Assembly (NCBI GenBank): GCA_965649055.1
Contig: CBFGJG010000012.1
Coordinates: 1-46,864, forward strand
Direction: 5' to 3'
DNA length: 46,864 bases
From: a candidate division WOR-3 bacterium
GTDB lineage: Bacteria; Hydrothermota; UBA3072; B12-G15
The notes beneath the pieces were generated by a model, which saw only the letters and a program-made list of their open reading frames with translations, searched no databases and was not told the origin of the DNA. Made by a program: the position numbers and the translations under genes. Of the stretch, positions 40,451 through 46,864 are shown piece by piece; position 1 is the stretch's first letter, and every line of letters starts with the position of its first letter.

Positions 40451-41716
40451 TTATCCTCCCGCAACTGTTATATCAAAAAGTTTTATCCCTTTAGGACCCT
40501 TATACGAACCATAGAATTCTTCTTCCTTTGAAAATAAAGCCTTTGAAAAACACGAAAATACATTTCCCCTTATAGACCCACCTTTTATGGGTTTAACATT
40601 CCCTTTGTATATCTCATAACCAAGCCTTATCTCACCACCAAAGTTTCCGGTATAATCATCAGGCCAAAGTCCAGCAGAGAACTCAACAATATGATAAACA
40701 GGTTTTTCTTCTTTTAAAAGAAGATTAAATTTTGTATTACCCGTTTTTAACTCAATATCACCAAAACTTCCAGTAGGTTCTATTTTTAAATAATCAGCAT
40801 ATTTTTTAGAAGACCAGAAATTCTTAAATATTCCATCTTCTATAATAATTTTTCTTTGATTAGGAACACCATCTTCATCAAATGGATATGAATCATTTCC
40901 ATAATCCATCAATGCATTACCTATTAATGTCATCCTGTCATATTCACATTCTTTTATCCATTCTTTATCTTTTTCAAGAAGGCTTATTTTTTTATATTTT
41001 GCCTCAGCAGAAGAATGGAATATTATTGGCATAAATAAAGATAGAACTTCAGGCCCACTTATAACAACACTGAATTTTCCGGTTTTTGGTAGGGATGTTT
41101 TTAAAGAATCCCGGGCCCTTTTTGCAATCTCAGAAACAACTTTTTTAATATTTATATCCTTAAGTCTTCTTCTTGTTAATTCTGAATGGGACTCAGATTC
41201 ATTATTACCAGATTTTGAGATTAGAACAAATTCAAAATAATCTGATGATTCTTCTAATACTTCATCTATTCCCCTGCTGTTCATAAACCTTAATTTTCTA
41301 TTTGTCAAGAAAAGTTCACATGAAGAGAGTTTCACACACTTTTCTTCTTTAAGGGAATCAAAGAAATTTTCAAGAAATTTTTCAGGTTCTGATTTTTCTT
41401 TTATCTTAACATCAGGATATCTCGATTTTTCAGGTAATGAATAGTAAGGATTTAATCCCATAGATGCATCTATTATTGCATTTTCAATCTTTCTTTTAAT
41501 ATCTTCTTCAGTCTTTATTGTAACAGTAGATTCCCCCCTTTTCCCTTCTTTATCAACATAAACCGTTAAATAATACTTTTTCTCATAGACATTTTTTTCA
41601 CACTCTTTTTTTGTCTTTAAAAAATAGAATTGTCTTGAAGTCTCTTCAACTTCTTTTAATTTCCAGTCTGATATAATTTTATTTCTTGCTATCTCATTCT
41701 TTATTTTTTCTATCAT
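40451..41716 (-). CDS. pmbA: TldE/PmbA-family protein
   Basis: FMNSRG, PFDEDGVP, TGNFGGEIRLG, GGSIRGN; lacks HExxxH; paired with tldD. Confidence 0.85.
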   Translation of the reverse strand: MIEKIKNEIARNKIISDWKLKEVEETSRQFYFLKTKKECEKNVYEKKYYLTVYVDKEGKRGESTVTIKTEEDIKRKIENAIIDASMGLNPYYSLPEKSRYPDVKIKEKSEPEKFLENFFDSLKEEKCVKLSSCELFLTNRKLRFMNSRGIDEVLEESSDYFEFVLISKSGNNESESHSELTRRRLKDINIKKVVSEIAKRARDSLKTSLPKTGKFSVVISGPEVLSLFMPIIFHSSAEAKYKKISLLEKDKEWIKECEYDRMTLIGNALMDYGNDSYPFDEDGVPNQRKIIIEDGIFKNFWSSKKYADYLKIEPTGSFGDIELKTGNTKFNLLLKEEKPVYHIVEFSAGLWPDDYTGNFGGEIRLGYEIYKGNVKPIKGGSIRGNVFSCFSKALFSKEEEFYGSYKGPKGIKLFDITVAGG

Positions 41717-43071
41717 TCTAACCTCGCTTTCAATCTTAAATGAGGTCCACCTGTTGAAACCGGGACAAGTTCTTTATGACCTTTTCCACATCCACCGGAA
41801 TCAAGTTCAAATGAATCTGAACATTCTGTAATACTCATTAAAATATCCGGAACATATCCTGTTATTATTATTGGAGAATATATATTACCTGTGAATTTCC
41901 CATTCTTTATCTCCCTGCCAACAAGTGCATTAACCTGCATACCCCATCCTTTTGGGTCTTCCATTCCACCTTCAACCTTTTCAATGAATATACCAGAATC
42001 AAGATTAGATATCATGTCGGATAGTTTTTTTTCACCTTTGCCGAAGAATGTATTAGACATCCTTGCGTAAACCTTTCTTTTATAGGATTCCCTTCTCCCG
42101 TTTGCACTTCTTTCTGTTTTCAACTTTACGTAAGATAAAAGGTCTGTTAAACCTCTTTTAAAAATACCATTTTCGACGATATGTGTTCTTTTTGAAATTG
42201 TCCCCTGGTCATCAAAGAAATAAGAACCGAAGGCACCGGGGATTGTTGGGTCGTCATAGATATTAACTAAATCAGAACCAACCCTTTTCCCGAGATATTC
42301 CTTTGCCTTTGCCCTTCCTTTTACAAACATATCCATCTCAACACCATGTCCGAATGCCTCGTGCGCAATAACACCAGCAACAGATGGGTCTACTATTACA
42401 TCATAAAAACCAGGCTCTATCTTCCTTGCGGATAATAGTTCAACGGCATGTTCCAGAGTCCCAAATATTTCATCATCGGAAATCTTTGTTACTTCATATC
42501 CACCCTGTTTTCCCTTTATAAGATAATTCCATCGAACTATATTTTCCTGTATAAGCTGGACAAAAAGGAAAAATCTTGTTCTTTTTATATTCTGTGAAAG
42601 TGTTTTAAAACCATCTGAAAAAATCTTTGTATCTTCAGATTCAATGTATGCAGTCTGAACATTCACTATTCTTTTATCCTTGTTTATAAGCATATTTTTA
42701 AGTCTTTCTACAAATTCCAATTTTTCATTTATGCTTATATTCTTTGGGTCTATCTCACATTCTGTATAAAAATCTTTTTCAATCCTTTCTTCAGGGAACT
42801 CTAAACCCTTTGATCTAATTTTTTCCTTCAAAGTTTTCGCTTCTTTTAACAATTTTTCATAATTTATATCAGATGATGCAAATTCATCTGTCTCATTCCC
42901 ATTGAATACAGAAAGAACTATTCCTTCAATCGTTGGAATATCAGTGATCCTTTTCTCATTCTTGTCTTGAAATACAAATGAACCACTTGAATATTGATAT
43001 AAACAGGAAGGATATATACCTTTCTTTCGCATCTCTATTGCCAGAGACTTGCAGATATCTTTTATTTCCAT
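41713..43071 (-). CDS. tldD: TldD metalloprotease
   Basis: HEAFGHGVE, FFDDQG, NGRRESY, ARMSNTF, GCGKG, GGPH. Confidence 0.92.
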   Translation of the reverse strand: MEIKDICKSLAIEMRKKGIYPSCLYQYSSGSFVFQDKNEKRITDIPTIEGIVLSVFNGNETDEFASSDINYEKLLKEAKTLKEKIRSKGLEFPEERIEKDFYTECEIDPKNISINEKLEFVERLKNMLINKDKRIVNVQTAYIESEDTKIFSDGFKTLSQNIKRTRFFLFVQLIQENIVRWNYLIKGKQGGYEVTKISDDEIFGTLEHAVELLSARKIEPGFYDVIVDPSVAGVIAHEAFGHGVEMDMFVKGRAKAKEYLGKRVGSDLVNIYDDPTIPGAFGSYFFDDQGTISKRTHIVENGIFKRGLTDLLSYVKLKTERSANGRRESYKRKVYARMSNTFFGKGEKKLSDMISNLDSGIFIEKVEGGMEDPKGWGMQVNALVGREIKNGKFTGNIYSPIIITGYVPDILMSITECSDSFELDSGGCGKGHKELVPVSTGGPHLRLKARLE

Positions 43072-43144
43072 AGAACCTCCATTTTTATTAAGATAACAAT
43101 TGAAAAATATTTGTAAAGAAAAATTTTTATTATATTTTATAATT

Positions 43145-46039
43145 ATGGATATTGAGCTAAAATCATTTCTTGAGAAAATAAAAGATAAAAGTTATACTTA
43201 TCCTGAATATCCCGGTATTGTTCTTATATGTTATGCTTTTTCAGATGAAAAGCCGATTCTCTTGATATGGGACAAAAAAGAAAAAGAAAGGGTTTACGAA
43301 GACCTTCTTTTCTTTTTCAAAGATGTTCACCTCTTTTATGATGAGAAAGAAGTTTCTGCATTGATTGAAAGTAAGAAATTTGATGTTCTTGTTGTGAGTG
43401 AAGAAGACATTTATAAAGATATACAGGAAATTGAGAAGATTGAGATTGGAAAAGATAGTAAAATTAACTATGAAAAACTTTTGAGATTTTTAACAGAAAA
43501 CTCATTTGAAAGAAAAGAAAGGGTTTTCCAGAAAGGTGATTTTTCTTTAAGAGGTTTTATAATAGATATTTTCCCGTATGAGAGGGATTTACCTGTAAGA
43601 TTGGAACTTGATAATGATATCGTTGTCTCATTAAGGGAGTTCGATATCTTCACAAACAGGTCTAAGAAAGAAATAGAAAAAATAAGTATTTTTGGAATAA
43701 AAAAAGAGAAGGTCCAATTTATCGAAAAAATCAATGATTTCTTTGTGATTTCAAAAGAGATAGAAGGTATAAAACCAGATATAACCATTTCACCAGAAGG
43801 TTCAAACTTCCCAGTTTTGCCAGCACCGAATTTCAACAGAGACCTGAATCTTTTAAGAAGATTTTTGAAAGAAAAAGAAGGATATGATGTTAATGTAATC
43901 CTCGAATCTCAAGGTGAAATTGAAAGGATGAAGGAAATCCTTGATGGCTCTGACATAAATTTCAGATTGGGTCATTTATCAAGAGGATTTGTTATAGAAG
44001 ATATAAATAAGATATATATAACTGAATCAGACATCTTTGGTTTTACAAGGATAAGATATGAAAAGATTGAATTACCTGATTATGATATTGAAGATTTTAA
44101 TGAAGGTGATTTCGTTGTCCATGAAGATTTTGGTATCGGTGTTTTTGAGGGATTAATGAAAGAAAAATTACACAATATTACAATTGAATTTCTGAAAGTC
44201 AGATTTGGAAGAAACGACGAGGTCTTAGTCCCGATAGATAAAATTTATCTTATAAAAAAGTATCTTGGAAAGGAAAAACCAGATGTAAAACCATTATCAA
44301 AGGAAAAATGGGAGAAGAAAAAAGAAAAAACAAAGGAGAAACTTAAAGATATCGCAAAAGAGATGTTAAATCTTTATGCAAAAAGGAAGGCTTCAAAAGG
44401 TTTTAAATTCAGCGAGGACACAATAGAACAGAAAGAGATGGAGGCATTATTCCCTTATGATGAGACAGAAGACCAGATAAAGGCAATAAGAGAGATAAAA
44501 AATGATATGGAAAAAGAAACACCTATGGATAGACTTTTATGCGGTGAGGTTGGATATGGTAAAACAGAAGTTGCATTAAGGGCTGCATTTAAGGCATGTT
44601 TAGATGGTAAACAGGTTGCAATTCTTACACCTACAACAATCCTTGCTGAACAGCATTATATGACATTCAAGAACAGGCTTGAAAGATATCCTGTGGTTGT
44701 TGAATTGTTATCAAGGTTCACAAAGAAGAGGGAAAAAGAGATAATAGAAGGGATAAAGGAAGGGAAGGTTGATATTGTTATAGGAACCCACAGGATTTTA
44801 TCAAAGGATGTCCAGTTTAAAGACCTTGGTCTTTTAATAGTAGATGAAGAGCAGAGGTTTGGTGTTCGTCAAAAAGATAAGATAAAACATTTGAAAGAAA
44901 ATATTGATTTTTTGTCAATGAGTGCAACACCTATTCCAAGGACAATGAATATGGCTCTATATGGTCTTATGGACCTTTCTATTATAGAGACACCACCACC
45001 CGGTAGGATGAGTGTTATAACAGAGGTGATAAGATGGGACGACGAGATAATAAAAGATGTTATAATAAGGGAGATAGAAAGGGGTGGACAGGTATTCTTT
45101 GTTCATAACAGGATAGAGACGATAGAAAGGGTAAAGAAAAAACTTTCATCAATATTACCGGATTTAAATATAGCAGTTGCACATGGAAGGATGGATTCAA
45201 GGAAACTTGAGAATATAATGCTTGATTTCATACATAAAAAATATGATATACTCCTTTCAACTGCTATAATAGAATCAGGTCTTGATATACCAAATGTGAA
45301 TACAATCATTATAAACGATGCACATATGTTTGGCTTAAGTGACCTGCACCAATTAAGGGGAAGGGTTGGGAGGTCTTTAAGAAGGGGATTCTGTTATCTT
45401 GTTATTCCAAAATGGCTAACAGATACAGCATTAAAAAGGATTTCAGCAATAAAAAACTATTCTTACCTTGGTGCAGGTTTTAAAATAGCACTCCTTGACC
45501 TTGAAATAAGAGGCGCTGGAACATTGCTTGGATTAAAACAACATGGATTTATTGAAGATGTTGGATATGACATGTATATGAGGTTACTTGAAGATGCAAT
45601 AAAAGAAATAAAAGGAGAAAAAGGTAAAAAGGGTATAACAACAGAGATTATTCTAAAAAGACCCTTGTTTATACCATTTGGATATATAAGCAATGATGAA
45701 GAAAGGATAAAAATTTATAGAAAGATATTCAGTGTAAAAAACGAGAATGAAATAGTAGAATTAAAAAAATACCTTGAAGATGTCTACGGTAAAATGCCAG
45801 AGGATATGGAAAGGATATTCAAATGGCTATTTATAAAAATTAATTGCGAGAGAAAAAATATTTCAAAGATTGAAGAATTAAAAGATGGATACACATTAAC
45901 TATTGAAGGAAAACTTGATAAAGAGAAAATAAGAGAGATTGTGAAAAAGATTAAAATAAAAGGATTTAATATAAAAGAAAAAATAGAAGTTATACTTGAA
46001 AGAAAAGAAGATATAATGAAATTTATTGAATTTTTATGA
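43145..46039 (+). CDS. mfd: Transcription-repair coupling factor Mfd (shortened N-terminus)
   Basis: RGFIIDIFP, GDFVVHEDFGIG (RID), GEVGYGKTEVA, DEEQRFG, SATPIPRT, QLRGRVGR, DLEIRGAG, TRCF C-terminal domain. ATG 43145 is preferred over TTG 43100. Confidence 0.95.
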   Translation: MDIELKSFLEKIKDKSYTYPEYPGIVLICYAFSDEKPILLIWDKKEKERVYEDLLFFFKDVHLFYDEKEVSALIESKKFDVLVVSEEDIYKDIQEIEKIEIGKDSKINYEKLLRFLTENSFERKERVFQKGDFSLRGFIIDIFPYERDLPVRLELDNDIVVSLREFDIFTNRSKKEIEKISIFGIKKEKVQFIEKINDFFVISKEIEGIKPDITISPEGSNFPVLPAPNFNRDLNLLRRFLKEKEGYDVNVILESQGEIERMKEILDGSDINFRLGHLSRGFVIEDINKIYITESDIFGFTRIRYEKIELPDYDIEDFNEGDFVVHEDFGIGVFEGLMKEKLHNITIEFLKVRFGRNDEVLVPIDKIYLIKKYLGKEKPDVKPLSKEKWEKKKEKTKEKLKDIAKEMLNLYAKRKASKGFKFSEDTIEQKEMEALFPYDETEDQIKAIREIKNDMEKETPMDRLLCGEVGYGKTEVALRAAFKACLDGKQVAILTPTTILAEQHYMTFKNRLERYPVVVELLSRFTKKREKEIIEGIKEGKVDIVIGTHRILSKDVQFKDLGLLIVDEEQRFGVRQKDKIKHLKENIDFLSMSATPIPRTMNMALYGLMDLSIIETPPPGRMSVITEVIRWDDEIIKDVIIREIERGGQVFFVHNRIETIERVKKKLSSILPDLNIAVAHGRMDSRKLENIMLDFIHKKYDILLSTAIIESGLDIPNVNTIIINDAHMFGLSDLHQLRGRVGRSLRRGFCYLVIPKWLTDTALKRISAIKNYSYLGAGFKIALLDLEIRGAGTLLGLKQHGFIEDVGYDMYMRLLEDAIKEIKGEKGKKGITTEIILKRPLFIPFGYISNDEERIKIYRKIFSVKNENEIVELKKYLEDVYGKMPEDMERIFKWLFIKINCERKNISKIEELKDGYTLTIEGKLDKEKIREIVKKIKIKGFNIKEKIEVILERKEDIMKFIEFL

Positions 46040-46042
46040 AGA

Positions 46043-46132
46043 TGTCAGTGTGTCAGTAAATGTCATTTTTTGTAATTTATTAAAAAATAAGGTATTATAA
46101 TAAAAATGTCAGTAATGTCAGTCCATGACAGT
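46043..46132 (+). repeat. Two triplets of TGTCAGT-like heptamer direct repeats
   Basis: TGTCAGT at 46043, 46051, 46107 and 46116; TGTCATT at 46061; TGACAGT at 46126. Confidence 0.8.
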
Positions 46133-46214
46133 GATTTTTAAGGATGGTCCAATGATAAATGTTATTGATTTTTAAAGAATTAAAAATCAGGAATGAAATT
46201 TTTATATAAAATTA

Positions 46215-46243
46215 TTGACAGGATAAGTTTCTTATGGTATGTT
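46215..46243 (+). promoter_or_regulatory. Sigma70 promoter with leaderless geometry
   Basis: TTGACA (46215-46220), 17-nt spacer, TG-extended TATGTT (46238-46243), ATG 5 nt later. Confidence 0.65.
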
Positions 46244-46248
46244 GAGAT

Positions 46249-46864
46249 ATGGTTCGTAAAAGGTTAATAGAAGAATCTCATAAATATTGTGAGGAGATTG
46301 GTCTTGATAGAGAAAAGAATTTCTTTAAAACACATCTTACTGAATGGGAGATTAAAAACAGGAGATTAAGGAATGAAATCTTTATCGATGTATCAATTTT
46401 ATTTATTGATTTATTAGAAGATGTTTTATCGAAATCTGACACTATTTTTTTAATAACGGACAAAGAAGGTTGTATACTAAAGATGGAAGGTGAAGAGGGG
46501 AAAACATCGGAAAGGATATCTATTGGGATAAGGGAAGGTGTTTTTCTCAAAGAGGAAGAATGTGGGACAACAGCAGTAAGTATGGCATTAAAGACAAGAA
46601 GACCATTTTATCTATCAGGTGAAGAATACTATCTTAACATATTTAAGAATGGTTCATGTTATGCTTATCCAGTTTCTTATAATAATGAGATTGTAGGATG
46701 TATTGTTATAGTTCATGCTTATAAAAAATATAGTCCACATACATTTGCCCTTATTCAAGCAATTGGTAGATTGATAGAGAAAGAATATAAGTATAAATTT
46801 GAGAGGGATTTGTACTGCGACCCTCTTGTCAAGACAAAAACTGTGGTTATAATTTGTAGAGTTT
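46249..46864 (+). CDS. AcoR-type GAF-domain regulator, partial; probably interrupted by an IS at 46811
   Basis: Open frame not in the ORF track: MVRKRLIEESHKYCEEIGLD...LITDKEGCIL...EEECGTTAVSMAL...SGEEYY...SCYAYPV...PHTFAL, typical of the AcoR N-terminal GAF region. Confidence 0.8.
   Translation, partial: MVRKRLIEESHKYCEEIGLDREKNFFKTHLTEWEIKNRRLRNEIFIDVSILFIDLLEDVLSKSDTIFLITDKEGCILKMEGEEGKTSERISIGIREGVFLKEEECGTTAVSMALKTRRPFYLSGEEYYLNIFKNGSCYAYPVSYNNEIVGCIVIVHAYKKYSPHTFALIQAIGRLIEKEYKYKFERDLYCDPLVKTKTVVIICRV
46811..46864 (+). mobile_element. Probable left terminal inverted repeat of an IS3-family (IS150-like) insertion sequence
   Basis: TGTACTGCGACCCTCTTGTCAAGACA fits the TG(T/A)ACTG...GACA pattern recalled for IS150-group ends. 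An inward promoter TTGTCA-N16-TATAAT (46826-46853) follows, and the sequence ends 54 nt in. Confidence 0.55.

Noticed and set aside
46278..46550. Minus-strand 90-aa ORF
   Set aside because: Shadow of the plus-strand GAF-domain gene starting at 46249.
1..46864. CRISPR arrays, tRNA/rRNA genes, prophage genes, reverse transcriptase/DGR, recombinase for the inverted repeat
   Set aside because: No repeat-spacer arrays or corresponding ORFs were seen by eye, and the short intergenic regions are mostly accounted for by promoters and terminators.

Overview
AT-rich, gene-dense bacterial chromosomal segment. It may be a whole contig, since both ends fall in repeated DNA. The C-terminal FlgD/T9SS-like domains and the gene repertoire suggest a diderm FCB-related lineage such as WOR-3; this is inference only. 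Most content is housekeeping. On the minus strand: a ~14 kb operon (ridA-dapF-guaB-GGDEF/STAND/TPR-hslV-hslU-EIIA-like-vanZ-hisS-aspS-def-pepA-nitroreductase-DUF4412), yebC-ruvCAB, and a tldD-pmbA-ComFB-aspartokinase-M42-YchF-like operon. On the plus strand: mfd, a GAF-GGDEF cyclase with an orphan short secretin, a multidomain secreted protein and a large S8 protease. No tRNA, rRNA or CRISPR array was seen. Notable signals: (1) a 99-bp inverted duplication (98/99 identical) of the RBS and signal-peptide region of a secreted protein gene brackets 21 kb; (2) a diguanylate cyclase fused to a STAND NTPase and TPRs sits between guaB and hslVU, with a ComFB-family putative c-di-GMP receptor and a second cyclase nearby; (3) ruvB appears to start at ATA; (4) several exported proteins have very short, uncharged hydrophobic leaders; (5) five genes show leaderless promoter geometry; (6) a TGTCAGT repeat cluster and a probable IS3-family end interrupting an AcoR-type GAF gene lie at the right end.
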